Shown one piece after another: positions 50,197 to 63,370 of a stretch of DNA of 64,000 nucleotides. Every line of letters starts with the position of its first letter. The stretch's first letter is position 1. The notes under the pieces were generated by a model, which saw only the letters and a program-made list of their open reading frames with translations, had not been told where the DNA came from and searched no databases. Both the position numbers and the translations under genes were made by a program. The stretch covers positions 744,001 through 808,000 of the forward strand of contig JAWMAR010000269.1 of NCBI GenBank assembly GCA_036785375.1. The letters run 5' to 3'. This DNA comes from Leucoraja ocellata. Taxonomy: Eukaryota.

Positions 50197-50435
50197 GACC
50201 TCCAATTTCAGGTAGTCCTTGCTTTTTACCTCCTTCCCCTTCCCTTTCCAGCTTTCCCACAGCCTACTGTCTCCATCTCTTCCTTTATTTCTTCTCGCTC
50301 CCTCCGCCCCCCCCCCCCACCTCCACATCAGTCTGAAGAATGGTCTCGATCCGAAACGTCACCTATTCCTCAACCGCTGAGTTTCTCCAGCATTTTTGTC
50401 TCCGATTTTTCCAGCATTTGCAGTTCTTTCTTCAA
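50197..50435 (+). mobile_element. Penelope pLTR fragment with hammerhead motif
   Basis: Same pLTR as 24975-25191; CTGAAGAATGGTCTCGATCCGAAACGTC at 50333-50360. Confidence 0.8.
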
Positions 50436-51450
50436 CATTTTATTCATTGATCAGTTTGAAAGAAGAATATGTTTAGCCAAGAGATTACTCATTCAAGATT
50501 ATCCAGGTATTATATTCAATCACGTTAAACCCATCAAAGAAAATATATTTGAACTGGGGCTTCTAAAATATTAAATTTAATATATATTTAGTAGGTTGAG
50601 AGGGGATAGGAGCCAAGTTGCATGTAGGGATAAAGCATGTGTATCTCAATCAGTACAGTGAGACCTGAGGCTTCTGAAATGTTGGCGTTGGACTCTAAAG
50701 CTATTGTTCCAGCACAGTACATTAACTAGACTATTCAGCCTTATTTCCAGTTCTCCTATTAAGAGTCATAGGCTTGTTTAAAAACTGTGTGAATATTGTG
50801 TGAATATTCCCATCTTGGATCTACAAATATGAGGGCTCTGTTGCAGGTTGTAACACAATCACTCAGTCAATACTATAGTGCCTTGAGCACTCACACCTCC
50901 CATGATCTTTTGTATAGTTAAGACAAATAGCTTCTATAGATTATCTTATTCGGAAAAGCCATTTATATTCATAGGCTGGTAGAACTTCTGCCTCATAGCT
51001 CCGATGATCCTGGTTCAATCCTGACCTGTCACTGAAGAGTTTACACTTCTCTCTGTAATCACAAGGGATTACGTTTGTTTTCACCAACTGCGTGTGGGTT
51101 GTTAGATTATTTACCACTGGTGAGCAGGTGACTCGGGGGGGACATGAACAGAATATATAACAGGGACAAACAGTGGGGAATGTAATGCTCTGTCAGCTGG
51201 TAGAGAGTTTATGGGCCAAAGTGTCATAAGGAAACATGGATATGAATACAGATACAGAATCAGATATGGTGTTCATATCCTTGCAGTAAACTTAGTAAAC
51301 ATGCTAAACTTCATATTAGTATGATTATCTCTGAGCAGTTAATACCATTTGGTGCAGAGTCCTTAAACATCTCTACTGTATACAACAGCACTGATCACAA
51401 ATGAAGGCACCAGTTACACTGTATTTGGTTTTTCATATATTTTTCTTATA

Positions 51451-51665
51451 GGGTGGCACAGTAGTATAGTTGGTAGAGCTGCTGCCATCAGCACCCAAGA
51501 ACTGAGTTCAAAACAAACCTCGGCTACTGCCTGTGAGGAGTTTGCACATTTACCCTGTAACTGCATGGGCTTCCTTCAGTTGTTCTGGTCTCCTCCACAC
51601 TTCCCAAATATGTATGGGTGTGTACGCTAATTGGCCTCTGTAACTTGTCCTGAGTGTGTAGAGTG
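51451..51665 (+). mobile_element. Diverged V-SINE-like SINE
   Basis: GGGTGGCACAGTAG...GGTAGAGCTGCTGCC...GAGTTCAA...GGAGTTTGCACATT. A similar relic lies at 50975-51130. Confidence 0.6.
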
Positions 51666-52125
51666 GATGAGAAAATGGGTTAGCACGGTACCTCTGAGGT
51701 ATTAATTTTGACATTACTTGACATTCATTCCTAGATTTTAGTATCATTTGACAGAGACAGAAGAATAATATTGAAGACGGACAGTGCATTAATTATGTTA
51801 CATGAATGCACTGCCTCAGTGGCTTACAATAACTTTCAATTGGCAGACATTACACATTCATTTTGTTAACGAATATTAAGAATTAGCGCTTGACACGTGT
51901 TAGCTTATTCAGTTTATAATAATGTTCCTTTCATAATATTATAGCAATATTAATGTAATACTGAACATTCATGTCCCTTGTTCTTTTATAATAATAGAGC
52001 ACTGGTTATCATATTCTTACTGGTTGACATGTTTAAGTAGGAAATTATTAGATGTTGGGAAGCATTACTTTTTCACTTGGCCAAATCTGACAGCAACACA
52101 TCTTGTCAAATTTCACAAAGAATTA

Positions 52126-52293
52126 TGTAGGAATGAACTGCAGATGCTGGTTTACACCGAAGATAGACACAAAATGCTGGAGTAACTCAGCAGGACAGAC
52201 AGCAACTCTGGAGAGAAGGAATAGGTGACTTTTGAGTCGAGACCCTTCTTCAGACCCTTCCTGCTGTTACTCCAGTATTTTGTGTCTATCTTC
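52126..52293. repeat. Palindromic Penelope-LTR-derived repeat
   Basis: GAAGATAGACACAAAATGCTGGAGTAAC ... GTTACTCCAGTATTTTGTGTCTATCTTC, with a minus-strand hammerhead motif between the arms. Confidence 0.7.
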
Positions 52294-52444
52294 ACTCCGA
52301 ATTAGCTTACCTAAGCAGAACTCGTGTGATTTCACATCCTCTTTTGTTAATAAAAAAAAAATGAGTACATGAATTCAGGAGACAACATTTGACATTTCAA
52401 CAGCTGTTCCACATTTCTTCTTAGTGAACTGTGAGGAGCAGGGA

Positions 52445-53085
52445 CAGTTTCGTGACCTGGCAGGTGCACCTTCAAGATGGCTGCAGTGGCGGACGGAAGG
52501 AAAGGTCGATGCAGATGAGCAGGCTAGGTGATAAGCTCCGGTGTTCTCAATGTGCTCAGATGGATCCTGGGGCACAGATGCTGTGCGTTGGCCATTGGAG
52601 ATGAAACACGGCAAGTTCATGGACTGCTATTGAGATGTTAGTGCGGTTCAGTCAGCAGAGTGGGCCGCTGGACGCCCTAAAGCAGCCTGGGGCTCTATTA
52701 AATAGGGCACCATTCCAAGTGGCCGAGCACACAGAACGAACGTGTCCTGCAGTGCCACGGAATCGTAGAGCAACAGTTGAGGATATCGACACATTGCCTG
52801 GCCACGACGGCTTCTGAAACTCCGAACCAGGAGCCATTCACAGGATAACAAGTTTTTATGGCTAAGTTAAGACTCTAAATTTGTTTCTTTAATTATCGGA
52901 CTTGAAGGATACCAGTTGGTGCCTAAAACATGGTGCCCCGTGTGTACTCACTCAGTGTGTTCTACTATCTTACCATCTTATACTTAATATGATTGTGCCT
53001 AATCTATAGTAGGATTTCCACTGAACTGTAAACAAAAAGATTTTCACTGTACTTGAGTATATGGGACAATAAAGTAACGTTGTAA
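52445..53085 (+). mobile_element. Older GC-rich non-autonomous retroposon with Rex1-like tail
   Basis: GC-rich body starting near CAAGATGGC and ending TTTCACTGTACTTGAGTATATGGGACAATAAAG. Confidence 0.4.
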
Positions 53086-53524
53086 ATGTCGCACTGCTTT
53101 CCATTGTGTGAGGAATTAGTTGAGTTAACTAATGCAATGGATTTCCTTTCACTGTTCCAAGTTCAATGAGTAATCATTTCAGTTAAGAAATGTGGAACAT
53201 GAGCTATTTTTCTCCTGCTTCATTAAATGCCCCACTGTGTGGCATTGTAGTGCACACAATAATTCAGCTGAAAAAAAATCTTATCCTTCAGAAGGAAGAA
53301 ACCATACTGGGAAAAAGCTCAAGCAATATTCAACGGCTCCTAGAAGTGCAATTTTTTGGTTTATTTTCTTCTGGTTGATTTTATTTTCAGCACACCTAAT
53401 TACTAATGGGAACAAATTGGCAAATAACTTCATTTTATATAGAGACTAGAACAAGTGCAGACCTGCTGGGTCTGCTCCCCCAACATAATATTCTAGCACT
53501 CACCTGTTCCCCCAACGCAACACG

Positions 53525-53617
53525 TGTGTGTGTGGGGCAAGGGGGTGTGGGGCAAGGGGGTGTGGGGGAGGGGTGTGTGGGGGAGGGGGGTGTAGGGGAG
53601 GGGAGGGGGTGGAGGGA
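53525..53617. repeat. G-rich ~15-bp tandem repeat (G-quadruplex-capable)
   Basis: (GGGGGTGTGGGGCAA/GAG)n. Confidence 0.85.
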
Positions 53618-53943
53618 ATAACAATGGCTTTGCAATTTTGGGCCTTCTCTCACTGAGAGCAAATTTCAGAACTATGTGCATTGAAGTCTCTATGTCTCTA
53701 AGTCTCAGCTGTTTTCAGGAATAGAAGTTGGAGAATGACCTTGAATTAATTTAGAAGCTGGTCTGTGTGGGATAGAATTATTTTACCATGGTGTTGAGAG
53801 TTGGCCGTATTACTTTCAAATCATATTTGGTCCGCGATGGGAAATGTGTGGGAGGGAGGGGCGGTAAGGAGGGAGCACCGCACGTTGCGTTTTGGTGAAA
53901 ATACAAAAACACATACACACATACAAGATGAGACTTTTATAGG

Positions 53944-54211
53944 TATAGAGATGCAGCGCGGAAAAAGGCCCTTCCTCACACACTAATGGTATCTACACAT
54001 ACTAGAGACAATTTACAATTATACCAAGCTAATTAACTTACAAACGTGTACGTCTTTGGAGTGTGGGAGGAAACCGGAGATCCTGGAGAAAACTCACTGG
54101 TCACGGGAAGAACATACAAATTTTGTACAGACAAGCGCCCGTAGTCAGGATCAAACCCGTGTCTCTGGCGCTGTAAGGCAGCAACTCTACCGCTGTGCCA
54201 CTGTGCCACCC
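53944..54211 (-). mobile_element. V-SINE/HE1-like SINE
   Basis: The reverse strand reads GGGTGGCACAGTGGCACAGCGGTAGAGTTGCTGCCTTACAGCGCCAGAGACACGGGTTTGATCCTGAC... Confidence 0.85.
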
Positions 54212-55267
54212 TGTAAACAAATAATCCAATGAAATGTTTGTGAAGCTTTTGTAAAGAATTTTAGGATATTGTAAAGATAATGGGGTGATAAGCAGATACA
54301 ATGGTTTATGATATATTGGTAGGCTTAACTATGATATAATGAATCCTATGTTATTAGGGGACCAAAACTGCACACAATACTCCAGGTGTGGTCTCACTAG
54401 GGCCCTGTACAACTGCAGAAGGAAACATAGAGAACATTATTATCATAAAATTATTTGTGTGAGTGTATAATCTTTGTATAATAAGAATTTGTATAATAAG
54501 TATCATAGAATAAGAATAATTCTATGTCATAATGAATCCATGCTCTTCGTGATATTTCTTATAAATAAATCTTTGCGTAGGGTTCTCTTGCATTCTGAAG
54601 AATGAGTTATCGTATATGATTCAGTGTGATCACAACATTTCATGAGTGACTTTCTGACCTGGTGTCTAAATGACAGATTGAAAACCCTGTTGATGGTACC
54701 TGCTCAGGTCGGTTAATGGCACATGTTGAAAGTGAAGCCTAGTTGATTGAAGGAGAGAGAAAGAGAGTGACAGCATAGCGTGGTGTGCAGAAAGTGATGA
54801 AGAAAGAGGGAATACGTTACCAAGCACAGTGGAGTGAGAAAGGAGATAAAGCATTCACAAGAGTGGTTGAAACACAGCCAAGAATTAACAGCAATGTGCA
54901 GATATTATACAAATTACAATTCTAAAGTGTACAATTTCCTCCAGTGACTAGATATTTCCGCAGTTAATCTTCTACAACATACGTATTTGTTTGGATCAAA
55001 TACATATTTATATTTTATGTAGATTATTCATTTTTACACCGAGGATCACAGTAAACAGTTTTAAAGATTATTAAGATCATCTAGTAAATAAATGGACTGT
55101 ATTTCAAGTAAACCGTATAAATTTGAAAGTAAAATACGAACAAATATTTTTTTAAATTATAAATTAAATGATCATTTTAGTCAGGGTATGCTCAGATAAA
55201 ATTTTGAGACAAAGATTGTACACTCACATTTTATGATAATAATGTTCTCTATGTTTTCAATATTTTT

Positions 55268-55841
55268 CCTTCTGCAGTTGTACAGAGCCCTAGTGAGACC
55301 ACACCTGGAGTATTGTGTGCAGTTTTTGTCCCTTAATTTGCAGAAGGACATTCTTGCTATTGAGGGAGTGCAGCGTAGGTTTATGAGGTTAATTCCTGGG
55401 ATGGTGGGACTGTCATATGCTGAGAGAATGGAGCAGCTGGACCTGTACACTCTGGAGTTTAGAAGGATGAGAGGAGATCTCATTGAAACGTATCAGATTG
55501 TTAAGGGCTTGGACACACTAGAGGCAGGAAACATGTTCCCGATGTTGGGGGAGTCCAGAACCAGGGGCCACAGTTTAAGAATATGAATTAAGCCATTTCA
55601 AACGGAGATGAGGAAACACTTTTTCTCACAGAGAGTGGTGAGTGTGGAATTATCTGCCTCAGAGGGTGGTGGAGGCAGGTTCTCTGGATGCTTTCAAGAG
55701 AGAGCTAGATAGGGCTCTTAAAATAGGGGGATATGGGGAGAAGGCAGGAACTGATTGGGGATGATCAGCCATGATCACATTGAATGGCAGTGCTAGCTCG
55801 AAGGACCAAATGGCCTACTCCTGCATCTATTGTCTATTGTC
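55268..55841 (+). mobile_element. CR1 3' fragment
   Basis: [18 protein letters not shown]...AIEGVQRRF.RLIPGM.GLSYAER...TRGHSLRI, 3' UTR and (TCTATTG)n tail. Confidence 0.9.
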
Positions 55842-57819
55842 AAAGACTCTCTAACTATATTTTTATTCACTATCATACCCCCATCTGCACATCTCACTAT
55901 GAAAGCTCTCTCTCAAATTAATAACATATATTCATTGTTGTCAAATAACTCAATATTTGTCTACAGTAATTTCTATTCATCAGTCTGAATGTTCTTCCCA
56001 AACAATGCACCACATACATTTGGGGCCCTGCTGATTCGTCTTATTTTTTTTTTATTAAACAAAATATCAGAATTTAAGGGGTCAGCTCAGACAGATGCTA
56101 CAGCAATTTTGCATTTTTAGAGTCACAGAAGGAGTGCCCAATGCACCTCGACCCTAAGATGCTTGCTGGACCACTGAGACTTTAAGACAAATTAATCAAA
56201 ATATGTGACATGTTATGGGTCCCATGCTTCCTATTTTGAACCTATGTTCAAGATGAAATTCAACCCGAGTACCTTATTTCACTGCCAGGATTATTTCCCA
56301 TTTTTTTCTGAATAATTATTTGTCATGTGAACAGGATAGTATTCAATGGAATATGGGTGGGTCCTACAGATCGAATTCTGTGCCATTGATTATAAAACAG
56401 CCTAGCATTTGATCCAGAGTTTAGGGAGCTTCAAACCCTTTGAATAATGGATGTATTTTCTGGCATGTTTTTGATCACAAAGTGAAAAGCAACGTATAAT
56501 AGAAATATTTTGAAATTAATTTGAATTATTTATCAAAATTAAATCAATTTGTAATCGAACATAATCATATTGGCACATAATGAAGTATGGCATTTAATAT
56601 TGCCTTGAATGGAGCAATCCTTGCTAACCTTTTTAAGGCATTCAACAAACTCAGGCAAAATAAATTTGTCTTGTGAAGTCTATTCATTTATTTATGTATC
56701 TTGTCAACTCTCCCAATCTTCACAAGGTAAATGATTTCTTCCACCACAGAATTTGACACATCACCAAGGTTTCTCACTTAAAAATAAATCTATGTTCATT
56801 TCACCTGAGAACAAGAGTTCAAACACCCACAGCAGCAAAGTAGAATGATATTGTTCTGTTCTAATTAAATGAAATTAAATGTTATGCTGAATAAATAATG
56901 AACTGGTAAATTGGGATTGAGATTTATTTCCATTTCTACTTCACATGGAGTATAACTGATAATTAAACATTTACAAGCAATTACTGTAATAAACAGATCA
57001 TTATTCATACAAAATTTATTACGAGGTAAATGACATCACTTATTTCTTCATCTTTTTGTTATGACAAATTACTTTTTGCCATGAAGGAAGAAATGAGCAC
57101 AACCGTAGCAGTCAATGTGGAATGCCAACGCCATCTTTCAGCTCTTTAAAACAAGCGGTTGCAATACATTGTCAACTAAAAATAATCAAATTATACATGA
57201 TTGCCTCGATATAAAATATTGATAATATTGATTATGCACAAGTTGTTGCAAAGTCCATGATACTCAAAATTTCCTTTTCTTATGAGATTTTTTTTTTTTC
57301 TTTTAACACAAGTAAACCAAAAAAAAGCAAATCATTGCAAGCAGCAACCATATGGTATTTAAATATATGACTAAATATTCTTCATTCACAACTCACCTTC
57401 AGAATTTGTTAAAGAATGTGGGAACATGCTTCCAAAATTAAATCGACTAAAAGACAGCAAAAGACCAAGCATTTTGCATATCAGCCCAGGATGTCTTTCT
57501 GCCCCTCTGTCTTTGGTGGTTTTGGTTGAGAGTTGACATGAGACTCGCATCAAAATCGCACAAAACTGTTCTTGAACAACACATTACAGTTCTAGTATCA
57601 GTAATCATAAACCTAACAATTCATACCTAAATTTATTTCTGCAACTGAATATAATAGGGTTTCTTTGGTCATAGATCACAAGCAAAAGCTAATGAAAAAT
57701 AAACATTCTAAACAAAAAGAGATACATTCAAACATGATCAGTTCCATTGAAAACTCTCACTTGTTCTCTGGTTGCTTGTGTGTGTGTGTGTGTGTGCCTT
57801 TGCCTGTACCAACAGCCTT

Positions 57820-58295
57820 GTGCAATACCAAAGGCACTCATCACCATCTGTGTAAAAATCTTGCCCTTCTTACCTTAAAGCCATGCCTTCGGGTATTTTA
57901 TATTTCAATGCTGGGAAACAAAGTTCTGACTCTCTACCCTATCTATCCCTCTCAGAATTTTATATACAGTACTTCTATCAATCTCCCTGCAATCTTGGGC
58001 ATGCCATTAGCAATGAAAGCAAACACATCAAATACCCTCTTCACCAGCCTATGTTGCCACTCTCAGAGAAATGTAGACCAGTAGCTCTGCTCTCAATGTC
58101 CCTATCATTTACTGGTTAAGTCTCTCGCTGGTTTGACTGGAAGGCATCACTTCATATTTGTTAAATTTAAATTCCATTTGGTATTCCTTGACCCAATTTG
58201 CTAGCTGACCCAAGTTATTTTCTGAAGTTCAATAGTCTTCCTCATTGCTCAGTATACCATCAATATTGGTGTCACTGGAAATCTACTAACTATGT
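57820..58295 (-). mobile_element. Old, fragmented CR1
   Basis: Reverse-strand D.SDTNIGG, W..K..MEFK.NK.EV.. and FKVR.ARF remnants. Confidence 0.5.
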
Positions 58296-58384
58296 TAACT
58301 ACACTGGCTCGTTATCTTTCTTACAAAACTTAGACTATGCGATTATTTCACTGAACATCTTCGCTCAGTCCCTGTGAACCTACC

Positions 58385-58796
58385 TGATCCCCCGTTTGCT
58401 AAACACTTCAATTTTCCTTCCCATTCCCACATTGACCTTTCTATCCTAGGTCTCCTCCATTGTCAGAGTGAGGCTAAACACAAATTGGAGGAACAGCATC
58501 TCATATTTTGCTTGGGCAGCTTACATGAATGGTATGAATATTGATTTCTCTAACTTCAAGTAACCCCGGCATTCCCTCTCTCTATCCCTCCCCCACCCAA
58601 GTCGTACCAGCTTCTCGATTTCACCTAACACACAGCTATCAATGGCCTGTTTCCTTTATCATCATGACTTTCTTGTGTTTTTTTCATTCATTGTTCTTTA
58701 TCTCTCTACATCATCGTCTATATCTCTCATTTCTCTTATCCCTAACTAGTCTGAAGAAGAGTCGTGACCCGAAATGTCGCCCATTCCTTCTCTCCG
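58385..58796 (+). mobile_element. Penelope endonuclease end + pLTR
   Basis: AKHFNFPSHSHIDLSILGLLHCQSEAKHKLEEQHLIFCLGSL..GMNIDFSNFK; hammerhead motif CTGAAGAAGAGTCGTGACCCGAAATGTC. Confidence 0.85.
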
Positions 58797-59065
58797 GGTA
58801 TAGATTTAAGATGAGAGGGGAAAGATTTAAAAGAAACATTTGAGGCAATTTTTTCACACAGAGGGTGGTAAGTGTAGGGAAAAAGCTCTCGAGGAGGCTG
58901 TAGGGACAGTTACATTGGTGCCATTTAAAAAACATTTGGACAACACATGGAGAAGAAAGGATTATAGGGGGGGATATGGGCCGTGCATGGGCAAATGGGA
59001 CCAGCTCAGCTGTAAAACCTGGATGTGTTGGTCTGAAGCGCCTGTTTCCATGCTGTATGACTACG
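58797..59065 (+). mobile_element. CR1 3' fragment
   Basis: RFKMRGERFKRN...FFTQRVV...FKKHLD plus tail. Confidence 0.75.
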
Positions 59066-60394
59066 AGTCTCTTTCTCATTCACTTACACCTTAACTGCAA
59101 TGATGCATAAACATATTTTGATTTGTAAAAATATGATCATTACAGATACATATTAAAAGGAAGTGTCTTGTAATATCCATTATGTGTATGCAAATCCTTC
59201 ATTTCATCGTTGAATTCGAGATGAGCATCTGGAAAACTACCAAAATATACATGCTGCACACAGATAGTGAATTTGCAACATCTGGTTCAAATTTGCTAAA
59301 AGAGTTTTGCAAACTGATGAATCGAATTGTATGAATTATTCAAAATTAGCTTTCAGGACTATATTTGATGCATATTTATGAGATATGATCTTACGCTGAC
59401 ACCAACATTTTGACCTAACAAATCAAGATTACATTAACTTGATGACATCATTTTGTGGGTGATGGTGAGTTCAACTTCGGGTCAAAGTGCAGACAAGATG
59501 TAACGGAAATCTTCCACTGTGTCTGTCGATAAAATGAACTTAGCTCCACGGTAAGTGTGTATAAATTAATAGGCGGAATAAGATACATTAAATTAAATTT
59601 ATTTTAAAGATGCAAATGACATTGGGGACTTATTTTTTTTATTTGCTTATTTTTCAAGATATGGGCATCACTGGCAAAGTCAGTATTTCTTACACATCCC
59701 AGTGAATGGGATTTAGTTTGATCTGAAGCCAAGGTTTAAAATTGGAATGGAGTAAATTAAGCAAGCAAGGTAATCATAGTAGATTAAATTAATGGCAGGG
59801 ATGGGGGACAAGGTGGGGGAGTGATGATCTCAGAGTTGGATAGAGAGAACTATCTCAGCAATGTCAAAGGAAATGTTTAGAAAGAGTGGTAAACCAAAAG
59901 AGGTTAGAGCATAAATCCAAGGTCAGTAATGTCAATGGAGGAAGAAAGAGAAGGTTTGGTTCTCTGATAGGTGGTGGTTAAATTGGAAGCCACCCATTGG
60001 TTTTAATTACATATTATAGTATGAGTTGTTGTTTACCTGTCTTATGGTTACGTGGCTCTGCATGCATTTTCTGTCACAATCGCTGTTCTAGTTTGTGACT
60101 GATTTTTATTAAATTGAGGTGCTGAAATCTCCCTTGTTGATACCGTGGACAAATTTGCTACACTTAGTTGAGCTGAACAGAGGGAATAAAATCAGCACTG
60201 TTCTGCAGCAATCGTTGAGAGTTCCTCGCTGGTTTGTGATGCGTGAACAGGATCGAGTTCAGTTGTGATATCGCTCATGCCCAAATAGTTTAGTCACGTC
60301 TGCTGTCAGATTTTAATTTCAAAGAGCACAAAATAAGCTCCTGGATGAACTCAAAGGGCTAAGCAGCATCTGTGAGGTGATAAAAATGAAGTGA

Positions 60395-60690
60395 GGACCA
60401 GAGAACAGGTTTAAGGTGAATGGGAAAAGATTTTATAAGAATCTGATGGGTAATTTTTTCACACAAAGTGTGGTGTATGTATGGAACAAGCTGCTAGAAG
60501 AGATAGTTGAGGCAGGGATTATTCCAACATTTAAGAAGCAATTAGACAGGTACATGGATAAGGCAGGTTTAGAGGGGTATGGACCAAATACTGGCAGGTG
60601 AGACTAGTGTAACTGGGACATGTTGGCCGGTGTGGGCAAGTTGGGCCGAAGGGCCTTTCTCCACACTGTATCACTCTATGGCTCTCGATG
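60395..60690 (+). mobile_element. CR1 3' fragment
   Basis: GNFFTQSVVYVWNKL.EE.VEAG...FKKQLDRYMD..GLEGYG plus tail. Confidence 0.85.
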
Positions 60691-60821
60691 ACTCTAGAAC
60701 TAAGGGATGGTTAATGTTTCGGGTCAAAACTCTACATCAGGACTGAGAGTGTAGAAGGAAGATAGCCTATATGAAGATGTAAGAGGAAGGAGAGAAGCAG
60801 CAGCTGATTGACATAGAGTAA

Positions 60822-61550
60822 AGGTAGACAAAAGTGCTGGAGAAACTCAGCGGGTGCAGCAGCATCTATGGAGCAAAGGAAATAGGCAATGTTTTGAGTC
60901 AAAACCCTTCTTCAGACTGATGTAGGGTGGGGGTGGGGAGAAGAAAGGAAAAAGGAAGAGGAGGAGCCTGAGGGCTGAGAGAGAGCTGGGCAGGGGAGGA
61001 GACAGCAAGGGCCACCGGAAATTGGAGAATTCAATGTTTATGCCGCTAGGGTGCAGACTGCCCATGAGGTGCTGCACCTCCAATTTCCAGTGGTGCTTAC
61101 TCTGGCCATGGAGGAGGCCCAGGACAGAGAGGTCAGATTCGGAATGGGAGGGGGAGTTGAAGTGCTGAGCCACCGGGAGATCAGGTTGGTTAATGCGGAT
61201 GGAGCTAAGGTGTTCAACGAAACGATCGGCAAGCCTACGCTTGGATTCACAGATGTAGATCAGATGACATCTAGAGCAGCGGATGCAATAGATGAGGTTG
61301 GAGGAGATGCAGATGAACCTCTGTTGCACCTGGAACGACTGCTTGGGTCCTTGAATGGAGTCGAGGGGTGAGGTAAAGCGATAAGTGTAGCATCTCTTGC
61401 GGTTGCCTGGGAAAGTGCCCGGGGAAGGTGTGGTGCGGGAGGGAAGGGAAGAATTAACCAGGGAGTTACGGAGGGAGCGGTCTTTGCAGAAGGCAGACGG
61501 GGGGGGGGGGGGGAGATGGGAAGATGTGGCGAGTGGTGGGGTCAGGTTGG
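60822..61550 (-). mobile_element. Penelope GIY-YIG endonuclease region + pLTR
   Basis: ORF 60847-61329: RFICISSNLIYCIRCSRCHLIYICESKRRLADRFVEHL...VAQHFNSPSH...GINIEFSNFR. An oppositely oriented pLTR relic lies at ~61635-61735. Confidence 0.9.
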
Positions 61551-62711
61551 ATTAATTCATCATAACTCTGAAAGAAGTGATGAAAACCCCCGCCATGTCA
61601 CGCCTCTTTACAATGGTTGAGTCCCCTCTACACTCTTGGTCCCGACCAGAAACGTTGACTATTCCTTTGCCTCCACACATGCTGCTTGACCTATGAGTTC
61701 CTCCAGCAGTTTGGCTTTTCTTCCAGATTCCAGCGTTTCGGAGAATTGCTGCAAGGCTGTTAGTACAAACTGAGGTATAACCCAGTAAGGAAAAGCAAAG
61801 GTATAGGTAATTGAAAAAAATATTGTGATTGTGGGAAAGAGGCAGTAACAGAAAATAACAGTGAAAATATCGAAATTACTCACTGGAGAAAGGAAGTAGA
61901 ATATATGCTATGTGATTATCTGGCACACAGTGAGAGTTTTTCTCTGGTTTCTGACCTTTCTGCAGATATAATCACGCAAAGATTTGAAATGGGTATAGAA
62001 TATGTTGCATCGGTGTCACAAAAATTGCAGTATGAAATTTTTCAATGCTGTGAAGTGAAATGTTTGCAATCAAACACCTCAATGCTAAACCATCAGCCTG
62101 CAATTATATTGACTCAATGCAACGTTCAGCTTTATAGACATATATCACATGTGGGTAGGCATAAAAGGTGCTTATTTTACACCGCATTCTCTGGTGACTG
62201 CCAGAGCCTTATCAGACAACATCGTACAATATCGAAGCCTGCACTATATCTACTGTCTCTATACCGAAGTTATAGTGGTAATGAAGAAAAATGTCTGGGA
62301 AAATCTATTGCCAAGCAGAATCATTGCTTTCCACTCTATAACAACATTTTGCAGGTAATGGGAAACATTTTCAATGACCCCACATCAATTTTCCTGGCAA
62401 ATATGGGGTTCTATTCAAATAAACTGGGAACCATTCATTCAGTGTGGGTGGGTGTGAGGCTGATGTGATGTCGGGAGGACTGACTGATAAGGAACTGGAT
62501 GATAGAAACCAGTATGATAGAAAACCTATCATTTCTTCAACATTTAAGGGAAAAAATAAACCAGGTCTTTCCTACCACTTTCTTTGGATTTTCATCGTTC
62601 AGTTGTTTCACAAAACAAAGAGATAATTACTTTCATGTTGGCTGTAAACTGGAGATTACATTTCCCTGAACTACAAACGTTAGTCTCCAAAGGACACCAG
62701 GAGCCAAATAG

Positions 62712-63001
62712 GGCTGCATGGGAGCACAGGGGTAGAGTTGCTGCCTTACAGCGCCAGAGATCTGGGTTTGATCCTGTCCTCGGGTGCTGTCTGTACGGAG
62801 TTTATACATTCTCCCCGTGAGCTGCGTGGAGGTTTTTTCCTATACTCCAAAGATGTATAGATTTGTAGGCTAATTGGCTTGATATAATTGTAAATTGTCC
62901 CTAGTGTGTGTAGGATAGTGTTAATATATGGGGATCGTTGGTCAGTGCGGACTCGTGGGCCGAAGGGTTTGTTTCCGTGCTGTATCTCTAAACTAAACTA
63001 A
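62712..63001 (+). mobile_element. V-SINE/HE1-like SINE
   Basis: Head GGTAGAGTTGCTGCCTTACAGCGCCAGAGA..GGGTTTGATCC, core, and tail GGGCCGAAGGG..TGTTTCCGTGCTGTATCTC(TAAAC)n. Confidence 0.85.
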
Positions 63002-63051
63002 AGAGACATCTGCGCACTGTATCTCAATGACCTATGTTTGGGTGCGTGTGT

Positions 63052-63370
63052 GGACGTGGCGTCGACGGACGAGAGGCCGAAACAAAGAAGTCGAAGCCAA
63101 AGAACCGAATGGAAACGAGGCTGAATCACAAAAAAAAACGACAGAGTAGCCACGGTGAGTTTGCTTTTAGGCGACGCAGCTTTTTGGTTAGTTGGCTTTT
63201 AGGCATCCCGCCCTTTCGGTTAGTTTGCATTTAGGCATCCTATGCTTTCGGTTAGTTGGCGTTTTGTATTCATACTCTTTCATTTTTTTTTGGCATTTCG
63301 GCCTCGTTTCCATTCGGTTCTTTGGCATCGACTTCTTTGCTTCGGCTGCTCGTCTGTTGGTGCCACATCC
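63052..63370. mobile_element. Foldback/MITE-like element with ~87-bp imperfect TIRs
   Basis: 63052-63138 is the near reverse complement of 63283-63370. The interior has ~30-bp tandem units TTTCGGTTAGTT.GC.TTTAGGCATCC. The TSD is unclear. Confidence 0.7.

Noticed and set aside
61905-62468. 187-aa ORF and the overlapping 62149-62358 frame
   Set aside because: No recognisable motif and no convincing splice-site pair. It cannot be supported without a homology search.
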